Origin: Tubulanus polymorphus
Taxonomy: Eukaryota > Animalia > Nemertea
Assembly: GCF_964204645.1 (NCBI RefSeq)
Contig: NC_134030.1
Coordinates: 7,979,122-8,043,121, forward strand
Direction of reading: 5' to 3'
DNA: 64,000 nucleotides
Below the pieces are notes generated by a model. It saw only the letters and a program-made list of their open reading frames with translations, searched no databases and was not told the origin of the DNA. The position numbers and the translations under genes were made by a program. Positions 45,439-57,400 of the stretch are shown here, in pieces (the first letter of the stretch is position 1; each line of letters starts with the position of its first letter).

Positions 45439-48400
45439 TTACCAAGTGCCGTTTTTCTTTTGCACCTCCGCCGCTCTATCCGTTTGATTGATCCGTTCCT
45501 CCTTACCGTTTATTGAACCCAACTTGCCATTTTGATAATCCCGAATTGCCTGCAAATATCATTAATATTATTATTGGAAGATACGTGGAGGAGCCGTATT
45601 AACCTGGTGTAGAAAAAAATACAACGAGACGATTAGTACTTTATAGGTTAACTAGTTTGATGCACGACCTTTCGCTACTAGTGTCTAGTAGCTTCATCAG
45701 GTGAATGAGTATGAATATCAGAAATTTATTTACCTGTTGTATCTCTTCGTTTGTCGACATAACGAATGGTCCGTGCCTAACGACTGGCTCTTTTATCGGA
45801 AGTCCCGTGCACACGAGAACGTGACAGTCTAAAAATAAAAATTATGTTATTGGACAAATCCTATGACGGGTGATTCGGGACAAATCAATACTTTTCTTTC
45901 ATCCTCCACGAGGATGTGCAAAACAAATAATTTCGTTTTTGGTGCGCTTAAGATTTGTTTTGCGCGCAGAGATTTGTTTTTGCGCGGTAAGATTTATTTT
46001 TGTGCGTTCTCGTGGAGGATGAAAAAAATATTGATATATCCCGAATCGGCCACCATAAAAATTGGTAATCTATAGTTTCATGGTAATCTTATGTATTTCT
46101 GCTTAAGAGAAATCTATGGAGATGAATCATCAAAAGCGTCATTCAACTATCAATATATTTCATGGTTGATGATGTCGTTCCCGCGAGATATTTCCTCAGC
46201 CTTCGTGAACGGTGACACTTTCATCGTGGAATCTTGACATTGATCATTCTTCAGGACCAAGCGGCTTTGATACTTGGCACTTTTATCATCAAATGCGTGA
46301 TGATCATCCTTCAAAGATTCATCCTTCTGAAGTATGTACACTTTAGCGTACCTTGCAGGTTGTCAGCGGTCATTAAGAATTTATTGCCTCGTTCACTAAG
46401 AAGAGCGACGTTGCCCATTTGAGCAGGCTTCTGTTCATGACCCAGGTAACCTGGATAAGATATCGAGTGAATTACAGAAAGAAATAAACTTATAAGGCTA
46501 AATAATTGATATTCTGTTTCTGATGAGCTTGAGAAGCGGACCCGGCCGGCCACCTAATTACCCTACATTACTTGTCTAAAAATCATGATCGCGCAAACCA
46601 TGACAGACCCAGTAGTTATAGAAATGAACTGATTAAAAATTCTATTGCAGTTTCAAAAATGACCCGGCCGATTAGGAGAACAAGGTATCATTTTTGTGTC
46701 TGGCTACGTGGAATTATATCTAGATCACCTTTTCCTCGCCAGACATAAGCAAATGCATTGTGACCTTCGGGAATATTCAATGTGAATTCTGAACCTTGTT
46801 GCAAGTGAATATCCAACATTAAAATCGGTATCCTCGTGTGGACGGGTGATTTATGACCTGAAATCGAATAGATGAATAGATTAAATTGATATTGCATCCT
46901 CGGATCCTATGCATCAGAGGCGTTAGATTTAGTGCCGGTTACCAGATATCAATCCGTTGAGACCCGTGCACATCCGGTATGATACGACGGTGGAGTTGAT
47001 GCGATACCGGAACCGATTTCAATCATGATAACACCAGACGAAAAATGGTTCGTGGCAAAAGCGAAAAGGGCATATACCTTCCCCCGCTATTGGTTCAGCC
47101 TAAGGCTTGGGGATGTCTATTCAATTACGATCGATGAATTCTCGAAATTAACATGTACACAGATACTGTTATACCATATCATTATTATTAATTAACATAT
47201 CATATGCTAACGAAGGTGTAAACGAGATGATTTACTTACCATCATGTTCACCGGCTAATACTTTCACCACCACTTTTCCTGTATCGATAGTCGGTATCGA
47301 GTCGGGGGACACATCCGAATACGATGGTGGTATCATCTTATACTGTAGATTGATTTAAACACATTCGATTCAATAAAGGGACTGTGACGGGAGCTGATGT
47401 CCTATAGTAATTGTCAGCAAAGATTCTAATCTGAATTTTAGTTTGATTGCTGATAACCAGGACCCTGGGTCATGGGTAACAGGTTTTTATCACCATTCGG
47501 ACCACGGAACAGCATTGCTTTATCATCAGCATTATGTTATTGTAACTAATAAAACTTTAGGTTATTCTTTAAAGGGTTAAGGTTTTACCTTCTTGGGAAG
47601 ATTGACCCACAGTTGAAAGCCTTCTGAACGGCCGCCATTTACGTAGATATCATCAATAGGCATCTCAGCATGGACGATACCACTACCTGCTGTCATCCAC
47701 TGCACCCAACCTGATTTCAGGATTCCTACAATTATAGTAACCAATTAGTTGTTTATTGCTACGACAGAGAAGATACGTCCTACACTATATGTTATCCATT
47801 ACCCATGGTAAAATAAAATGGTAGTTTGCATCCATTGAGTATCTAAATACGCGAGAAATGGGTGGGTTCGTTTATAATTCGGTTTGAACTGTCTTATTTT
47901 CAACGTTGATGCTCAGATATGGCCTCTGAGCGAGTCCCGTTGATCCAAGGTATAATAAATCTTTTTGCTTTTTGCTTTTCCACGATTTTAGACGATAAAT
48001 ATAGTATCAATTATTTGTACCTGTATTGCCGGCCGAATCATGGTGTTTGACACCTCCATCGATGACGTACGTGACTGTTTGAAAACCACGATGAGGATGG
48101 TCCGGGGCTCCTTGAGCTTCTCCAGGTTTATAATCCACTGGTCCTGAAGTGTAAAAAATGCCGTTTTTAACGACCATAAGGGAACTGGAATTCATCTCGT
48201 AGGGAAACTATGAAAGTTCATGTGGACTTCTGATTACATTATTTGAATAGATATTGCATTCGTGCATACGTCATAACTGAAATACGATGTATTCATTTGC
48301 CATACTCAAAATAGTGTTTTGATCGATGCATTGCATGATTGATGCAAGTACGGATCCAAAATCTGCAATAGTTTATTGCTCCATCTAAAAAGCCATCAAT

Positions 48401-48702
48401 AAAAATCTCTAAAAGAATTTCAAAGGACAATTAGTTTCTTTCTTCCAATGCATACAAATTTTTGACGACCCCTGTATTATTTTTTATAAATTTTTCGATA
48501 AGTTGCTTTTCAAATAGTACATTTTGTGCAATGATTACGTCTTTGCAAGCCAAAACTATACGCTGACATTACCTATATGATCCAGCATAAGAAATGGATC
48601 CCATGATGGTATGATGCTGCCGATAGGTCTGCGTACCAAAAATCCACCACCCTCTCTCTGTAATTGCGACGCCGCGAGTTTCACTATTGTTTTTTCCGAC
48701 AT
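45439..48702 (-). CDS. PIR: Pirin-family bicupin (iron-binding, quercetinase-like), 8 exons, 308 aa
   Basis: Exons 48702-48573, 48143-48021, 47725-47589, 47342-47240, 46857-46729, 46450-46352, 45828-45734, 45549-45439, all GT-AG and phase-consistent. Motifs: [56 protein letters not shown]. The His-His-His-Glu metal ligands are intact. Confidence 0.93.
45660..45706 (-). ncRNA. Minimal type-I hammerhead ribozyme-like motif (Penelope/retrozyme type)
   Basis: Minus strand reads AUUCAC-CUGAUGA-A-GCUACUAG-ACA-CUAGUAGC-GAAA-G-GUC-GUGCAU: core boxes, perfect 8-bp stem II and a stem I. Confidence 0.55.
45863..46056. mobile_element. MITE in pirin intron 6
   Basis: gattcggga.a.atcaata.ttt..ttcatcctccacgag / ctcgtggaggatgaaaaaaatattgatatatcccgaatc. 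Confidence 0.75.
46493..46700. mobile_element. MITE family A, copy 2 (pirin intron 5)
   Basis: Shares the blocks cagaccc..agttatagaaa.gaactgatta.aaattctattgcagttt and ggtatcatttttgt with 4736-4947. Confidence 0.7.
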
Positions 48703-50139
48703 GGCGAGGCACAGAAGCTCATTTCCCGAAGCTAGATTAACATAGGAAAAAAAAACACGCTCGTAATTGGTGATGAATACGACGGACGTGTGTGCAAGGC
48801 TTTCGGTCTCTGTGCGAGATACTATAATGGAAGGAATACCTGTCCTGGTAGAAGAGACCAACAAAATAATTATTTGGATTACTTTAAATTCATGCGACGA
48901 ATATGGATCTTGCGTTTATTTCATCTTACGCTGTTACTAGCGACAAGGATCATAGGGTCTTCGCTTTCTAAATTTTGATCGGATTAGGTTAGGGCTCGAA
49001 ATTGCGGACGATCTTCATCGCATTTTTTTCATTAGATTTTATTTTCCATTTAGATTCATTTGACACTTGTCCTCAATATGAATTTATTAATTCTTTTTCG
49101 CCTTTTTGCCAACAACGATACAATTTGAAATCCCGAGACTAAAATCAGAAAAATGCCGATAATATTCATTATCCTAACCAATACTCACTTCTTTACATAG
49201 CTGCTGGAACTCGATACCTATCGCTGGAACCAGCTACGCCCCTAGTTCCAGCTATCATTTTCATATGCCTACCCAAAAATTGGTATCCTGAATTACTCTC
49301 ACAACCAACGCTACGCTACCACTGTGTAAAGCCAACGATGAAGCTCGGAATGCGCTTCCGATTCGACCATCAAACCACCAACAATCAATATAACTGAGCC
49401 TGGCGTAGACTTGGGAATCTTGGCGAAAATGAGGCGAACATTTTAGATCCTTTTTTGTTACATTTCACATATACACAAAAAATATTGTTTCGGCTGACCC
49501 ACATGTAGGCTACAATGCTGCCGTCTCCTAAAAGCATTGATTGCATTATTTTGTTCTTTCTTTGATTGTATTCTAATATAACCATGTATAATTTCGGTAC
49601 ATACTGCGCGAACCGACGAAAACTATTTCTTGCGTCTACTGCTAATCGAATTTTATGTGTGGTTATTGGAAGTCGATGTATCTGCGCCTAAGCCGACGTG
49701 TAATATATAATACCGAGCAATATATTGATACTTGTTTTAATGTCGTCCCAACAGATCCGTGTCGGGTTATTTTTTCAAGTGATTTGCGGATGCATAATGG
49801 GATATCGCAATTGATTATGATAAAAACGCCTCCCACTGCTCGGCGACTAATTGCAATAGCGTGCTTTCATATTAGTGCGTTAGCGATTGCTTCCGAAAGC
49901 GAGCGAGCAGTCGCTCATTCAACACATCTGACGCGAAGTTAGATAATATAACAATAATATAAACGTCCTTCTATGTACGTGAAGGGTGTTGCCTGCAACT
50001 ATCGTTTCAAACTTTTAATGGTCCTTCAGTGAATGAACTATTATTGTATAATATTATATATATTTATATTGGTGTTTTTTTCAGTCAACGAGTGTTTACA
50101 CGAATATTTTTTGATAGATATATGCGCGCAGTATAGGCC

Positions 50140-50345
50140 CCAGGGTGCACACGTTGCCCTGAAATTTTAGGAGGAAATGAAAAATATTAAACTGATACCT
50201 GAAACAAGTTAAGATTGATAAGCTTGTTCAAAAATGAGTAAATGTTCCCCGATGCGCTTTCTTCCGGGGTGCCCTTGTGATTATATGAAATGCCCCTTTT
50301 TGGGTAGCACACCTCCTTAAATCAGACCCTATATATCCGCCCCTG
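50140..50345. mobile_element. MITE family B, degenerate copy
   Basis: gggtgcac...atcagaccct..atccgcccctg, shared with the 38299 copy. Confidence 0.5.
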
Positions 50346-51883
50346 GGCTCTGCTTAGACTGTCAGTAATTTTCAATACAATAGCGGATAGATTGGAAGCT
50401 ATCTCGTGCAACGAGAACAATTTTAGATTTAAATGATAGCTAAGGTTTTAGAAGGTTCAATCCCTGAAATCGATATACGGTAGTTGTCAGGACGATAGCA
50501 CTGCATCTAGATCTGCAGCAATGATCAGGTGCTGAAAATTTACATTTTATTGCCATTACGACAAATCGAGATCCCGAGAGCAGTAATTGCACTTATCTTA
50601 AACGAAGTACACAACCTTTTATTCTGTTGATATAATTGGAGGCTAATAGCAAAGATATAATTCCAAATCCCATATTTCTACGTATATACAATCAAATGTC
50701 CATTCAGATACGTGTACGTGTGTATTTCTTCATAAAACCCCTATGCAATTGTCGTTTAGTGTCGTTCAATGCAGGTCCATGGGATTATGCTTCATGAGAT
50801 TTTGAGATTCAAGTGTTGAGTACGCGATAACTGAATTCTTCTAGATCGTCTGGCCAGTAAAAAACCCAAATCGCTGCATAATTGAAAGCCGTGAAAGAAT
50901 ACTCCATAATTCACGGTACCATCCCTACATGCAAAATTCCAAAATTCGTCACACTTACCGTAATTGATGTGTGATAAGATGTTACCCTGTATTGCGGTCG
51001 GGCGAATCTAGAGGTTTTCCGGATCGCGCGAATCTCTCTGGCTTCAATTCCACCTGTGAAAACGAACGCCGAGTATCATGGCGCATCAGTAGCTCTCCCT
51101 GCGTATCCTAGCAACAACGTATCGTCGTCTGTCAGGATATTCACGATACAACGCTGTATTTGCGCCTTGTTTTATATCGTTATTTAGAGAATTCGGTCGC
51201 TGTGCGGTGCGCGCATTTATTGCCGATTGGATTTTAAAAGAAAGGAAATAAATACGTACCATCTATGTATGTTTACATGTATGGGTTCGATGCGCTTGAA
51301 AAGGAAAATCGACCTTTGCATAAACCAAACGACGTATTAACGACCTGGCTGTCCGAGAGTAAAACGAATTTCATTTCTGTTGATATATTCGTAAAATGAA
51401 ATCGATCATTTTCTGCGAAAAAGACTGTTGTTTTCTGTAATTCTTTTTTGGGTCTTCTTTTTGGAATTCTTTTTTGTTCCTATGATATTTTAGGGCTGAC
51501 ACACGCATTAGAATTTAATAACGTGGTTACTTCCATCGAGGTTGCAATATTTCCGGTGTGTCAACGCCAGTCGTTTTACCGACAGTGCTGTCACCTTTTG
51601 AAATTTATAACCACATTGCCTATAATGAAAATCATAGCAAACCAGTCCTCTACCGTCTATTCAATTATACACATCTTAATAGGTCAGCGCAAACATTGGT
51701 GAGTTCGTGCATAATGTTGAAATCTGAAAGACTTCGTATTCCAAGACTTACAAGACTCTTTATCGTTCTTATAAGTGCGCGTACAACGTATGCGACACTT
51801 CGTAGTTTAAACATTTATAGGTTTTGTTGCGTTGGAGAAGTCGGATAAACGACGACGCACTTGAAGGCTGGCGAATTTGTTAA

Positions 51884-53106
51884 ATGAGGGTTCTTTACAC
51901 TAACAACTTCGTGGTAGCTGTGCTAGTCAGTCTGTACGCAGTTTATTGCAGTAAGTAATGCGGGCACACCTCACACAATCTCGTCAGAATCTAACAAATA
52001 TCATTTGCTATTTCTAGAGAAAATGCACTTTACCGTTGAACCGCACGTAGTTGAAATCAAATGATGAACCCTAAATATCAAAAACCGTCAATTACTAATT
52101 GTTCACTAATTGTTCACTTGTTTTCTTTGGATGGATTTGGGTGCAAGTTCGATATTACGTGCGCTGGTCCAAGCTGCGCCCATATAACGAGATGTTCTAT
52201 AGTGGAATGAAGATGTTCAATAACATTCAGATAGAATCTCATTATTCATTGTAAGATAGAAATCTCATTGCATCATTTCCAAATTTTGTACTATCCAAAC
52301 GATACGTCATATCATTCATTGGAACGCATTCTAACAGTCGTTTCTTGACATGCTATTTTTTCTGAATTTTGTAAAAACCTGAATTAGTGGCATTCTCCCT
52401 TGGTGGAACGTATTTTACCTTCCGTCGTTTATATATGTCGCAGCGGTTTCCCTGCGTTTTTAAACTTCGTATATGTGTTGTTTAGGGGCAGCAACGACAG
52501 CCAAACCGACGATAGATCCGACGCTATGCCAACCTATGTGCATCAATGACGGCGAGTGTATAGTTAAACCGTTACCGACTACCACGTCATTTCCGCTCAA
52601 TGAAACGACCGATATTTCGTCAACAGAAACTACGGCGCCGGACACCCCACCAACAACGGCGAATACGGCGGATCCAACGACGCCGGACACCCCGCCAACA
52701 ACAGATCTTACGAATACATCGACGGAATACGTTTGCAAATGTGTCACCGGTACTAGCGGTAACATTTGTCAACATGGTAATGAAATTTCTAATGCGATAA
52801 AATCCCTTTTTTTAAAAAGTCGTTTATTCGGCAAAATAAACGTTTAAAAAAATCATCAGATATGAAAATGCGTGATTTACTCAATTAATCTTAACATCTT
52901 TTCAATACTCTTTCTTCGTTATTCTTACAGGATTTCCGAAGACGAAATGGTTGTGGGCACTGGCATTCTCGATACCAATCGCTGTAGTTCTTGTCGCGAT
53001 GGTCATCGCTGTTATGTGTTATCATCGTAGGAAAGAAGATGATACCAAACTCGCGCTCGCCGCTAATGAGGCCATTAATATCGAAGATGAACTAACTGCT
53101 ATGTAG
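51884..53106 (+). CDS. Small type-I membrane protein with a single EGF-like module interrupted by a Thr/Pro-rich mucin-like loop
   Basis: Exons 51884-51950 (signal peptide MRVLYTNNFVVAVLVSLYAVYC, gtaagt donor), 52486-52776 (C-x3-C-x5-C-x58-C-x-C-x8-C), 52931-53106 (TM WLWALAFSIPIAVVLVAMVIAVMCY; tail ends ELTAM*); AATAAA at 53175. Confidence 0.8.
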
Positions 53107-54441
53107 TAGATATATCTGATTGTGTATTAGTGAGTATTGTTAGTGAACTGATACTAGAAAAATCGTGTATTTTCAATAAATGAACGTTAAGTATTGATAT
53201 AGTTTAATCTAGGACGTTTTTGTTTTTAGTTCATTTACTTAATGCGGTTATGTAATGATCTGTATATCAATTCGTATGATCCATGTGTAAAAGAAGACAT
53301 CAATTGACTTTTATTACCGGAAAACTGTTGTTTAATGATATTTCATTCTATTGAGGCTAAGAGCGAAGACTGTTAATGACATTTTAGTTATTTCCATCAC
53401 ACTGGCGATCACTCTTTCGAGTTGTAGACTGTTAATGAGTTCGTGCAGAAAGTCTACTCTGTTTACGTATATATTTCAATTTTAGTAACGTCCATTACTC
53501 ATCGTTTTACACGACGAAGACAAAGGACACGACACTTGAAGTATTTCCAAGTCACGATCTTCACGTTCATGCTGACCACTGCAACCACTTCCTGATAATT
53601 ATACATACATTCGCGCTTGAAAGCATTTATGAATATCTTGTTACCGACGATATTGAGAAAACATAACATATACCTGAACATCGCTTAACTTCATTCAGAT
53701 AAACCACAAAAAACACGTTCTCTTTCAGTAATAAAGATAATTTATTAATCGCTTTTAATTTTCGAACGTCAATCAACAGATCGATATGTTTAGTTCGCAG
53801 CTTACTAAAATGGATGCATTAAAACGCTTCACTTTCCATACGGTAAAAAATAAACGGCCTTTTTCTCACGAAGGCATATCCAGTATGCATATGAACTAAT
53901 TTTAGAATTGTTGAACAATTAAGTAGTAAAATGATAGGCCTATAGGTAATCTTTGAGGGTGACGTAACATTCTTGAATACGTTTTCGATGTGTTTCTTCG
54001 ATATCATGTCGAATCGGCTTATACAAGTGAATTGCGTCGAAACAAATTTCAATTCACTTCGGGGGACCAATAATATTGAGGTTTCTGCGCTGCTGGATTA
54101 ACTCAGACATTTCCATATCTACGTGTTCATATAGGTACGTTATTTATTGGACATTGGGCTTTCGGGGGGATAAGTTGAACATTTTTTTTATACTCAGAAA
54201 AACTTTATCAAATCTACAGATAATCCGTGGTTTTATAGAGAATAGAACTGTTTGCGCGCGATTGCAGCTGGATGCAGCGAGGAAAAAACGTTGTTTGTGT
54301 TCCTAATTACAAAAACTGAATTACGGCCAATGAGTTTCCGGAACCAATGAATCGAACCGTGATATCCAATTATTCGAAGACCGGATGTTATTGGCTGGTC
54401 GGCTGATGGACATTATCGATGACGTAGACGTCTCGGAATTC

Positions 54442-57400
54442 TCACTGCTGTTCGTCGTACCTGCGCGCACCGAACCCACGACTTGCGACTCGCAATAACT
54501 TCTTCTTCAAAAGACCCGCGTGGTGGTTATCTGAAACGGAACCAGCCGATGAAATTATTCGAATCTTCGTCGTTTGTAATCGATTCAGGGGTGGATCCAG
54601 AAATTTGAGCGCAGAGTAGGGAGTGAAGTGCAGTGTTTTCTCAGCTATATTGTTTCATATTACAATGAAAAAGGCATTCGTAAAAAATGTGTGCATTACC
54701 TACAGAACTGACGGATGCCGAAACAGCTAGTAATGGATAACGATGTGAATTGTGGTTAGTTTCATCATTAATATGATTGGTGTCGCTATCAGAAAATTTT
54801 CGAACACGGAGCGGGGGTCGAGACGCCCTAAATCCCCCTTGGATCCGCCCCGGCGATTCAAATTTTTACAATGATATTCATTTTATGCCGCTGTGAATGC
54901 GAAGAGTCCCTTTACTATTTTTGGTTTAAAACACATTCGTTTGATGTCGTTATTACTACAGCATTTAGTTACCTATTTTACGACGCTGGTTGATCAGCAA
55001 ACTCAGCAGTGACTTCGAAAATAATGAGTACAATTCGTCCGATATTTCGTCATCGCTGTTGGAATATGTATAGGCCATCTTGTCGGGAACCTCTCCTGAG
55101 ACAAGGTCGACGTTTGAAGCGGTCTTCTGTTCGTCGCCCGATGAACTGGGTCCGTGACTTCGCCGGCCCAAACGCGGGTATTCGTTCTCTTTTGAGTCGG
55201 TGTAAAATATGGCATGCACCGAGGACGAAACGACGAGCAAGACTATGGTGAACGTGAGCAGTTTACGCGAACTGAAAATACCTACAAGACATAAATGTGA
55301 AACAATTCATACTATATGCACAAAAAGCCAGAATTTGCGACCATTAATCGTTATAAGTGTCTGTTACTTGAAAGTATGTGATAAAAGTGAAATGCCATAA
55401 CAAACAACGGGTTCGCCCTGATTGGACAAACGTATTCTTTTACAGGCTTGTATCATGTAACAGATAAAGGTTGAAATGAAATTCAATAATTCTGCAAATA
55501 TCATGATCCTCATGATATTGCCATGGGTTATAGTGTGATAATAGCAAAAAAAACAGAATCAAGTCATCTCAAGAACAATGATATCAAAATGATATCATCC
55601 ATTTATTCTATCTTCGATTTATTTCATCTCATTGTATCCTATGACGGACCGCAACACCAGCTATCTCACCAAATGGCGTGACGAGCATTCATTCAGTCTA
55701 ATGTTGTCAAAATTAGTTCATTTTCGATGAACTTTGGACCGAATTTTAGGCTCCCCAATGAATACATTATCACATGACTCACCAAATACACACACAACTA
55801 ATCTCTACTCAGTAATTGGTATAGTTTTCGTTAATAATTGATTTATTTTGGAAAAATTTCGTACGGTTTTAATCAAAATGTAATTCAACGTGGGAAAACT
55901 ACTAGAAAACCTGGTGGATCCTCGCCTGCCATAAGTGGAATCTTCGATTGCCACGGTAAGTTGGAGATTCCCCCATTGCGAGATGACTAGACTTTTTTCT
56001 ATCACCGCATACTTCTACCGTACTATATGTGTTGCTAGCTTATCAGTATTCAAAGCTCGTTTGTATAACGGTAGGAGTGCCATAAGCAGATTAATTAACG
56101 CGTGGCCACACGGCCCAGGTAGAACACAGGTGTCCCCAGAGTGCGTCTTGTCACCCGGCGATTATCAATCGTCATTTTTTCGTGTAATCATTTCATCTAT
56201 GAATTAATACCGTACATCTCTCGATGGGTGAATATCATTGGAATGTCCCCCGTACGTAGACCAGTTCTCTCCCGTGACTAACTGTTCGAATTTCCTCGCA
56301 CCAGTTCGTCCTCCTTACACAGCCACGGCCAGCTTATAGACATATTGCCCACTATTACGTAGTAACCAGGGACCGGTTGCATAGTCATGGCTTAGACTTA
56401 AGACCTGGCTAAGACCAACTTAGTTCTATAGCCAATCTAACAACTTAAGACCAGTCTTAAGATTTAAGACCACTATTGGACTTAAGTCACGACTGTGCAA
56501 CTGGCCCCAGGAACCTAGTTGCAATTCAAAGAGGCAACGCAACTCCGTCTTGCCGAAATAATTCAGAATTCGAACCTGGTTATAGATAACATATAGCACA
56601 GCATTTCGACTGCTCGATTTGCGAGGGTGCTCACTCGATTCGATGAATCAACTAAGAGTTTTTGATAATCAGGCTCCTTTTCAGAATTAAGACATAACTG
56701 CCCAATGGTCTACAGTCGTGAGCGCCATGAATATAACTGATTAAAACCGGCCGACCAAAGATCCATTTGGACTCGAAGCTGTGGGTCCTGCCTTTTGGTC
56801 ACCGACGGTATACAATTTCTACACATTGAGATTGACTTCTACGTTAATACGTATGTCGCAAATATTAAACATAACTCCCAAAATCGCGAAGCCGAAAAGT
56901 TAGAATATAGAAAAGTTAGAATTTATTCATCAAAATCCGATTTCCGGTGTTCAACTAAAATCTATTATCAAAGAATAAAAATGAATTTTATGAAGATATT
57001 TTAACGTTTCTATATTTCAACTTTTGGGCTTCAGGATTGTTGATATTTAACATTTTAACGATCTCAAAAGATCCGACTCCAGCGAAGTCTACTGTATTCA
57101 CTTCGTGTAGAAGGAAAAGCGCAATCATAATTTAAGAACATGTGTGTTCCTTTCAACGTCGTGCGTTGTACTTCTAGATTTTTACATGACATTTTACAAT
57201 TTACATTCCACTTCTCATGTTATCTCGGTTATGTTGATTACGAAGGTAGTTATTGTATCGACTTGGTGAAGAATATCATCAGACACATTGATGTCGGATA
57301 GAGGAAATTCAAGATCGCGTGATTCGGTAGAAACTGTTAATATTTGATGGTTTTAAGTGTTCGATGCCGTTTTCTCTATAGTTCACCGGATAACTGACGT

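Noticed and set aside
46150-46341. 63-aa minus-strand ORF in pirin intron 6
   Set aside because: Its acceptor is only ~25 nt from the exon-6 donor and the phase fits neither neighbour; pirin is complete without it
46520-46545. CTGATGAGCTTGAGAAGCGGAC hammerhead-like string (also CTGATGA hits near 17005 and 25406)
   Set aside because: Missing the GAAA box or stem II; the 46520 case lies in a MITE whose other copy lacks it
48078-48080. Pirin HPHRGFQTV instead of the commoner HPHRGFETV
   Set aside because: Not one of the four metal ligands, and Gln variants occur in other pirins; not evidence of inactivation
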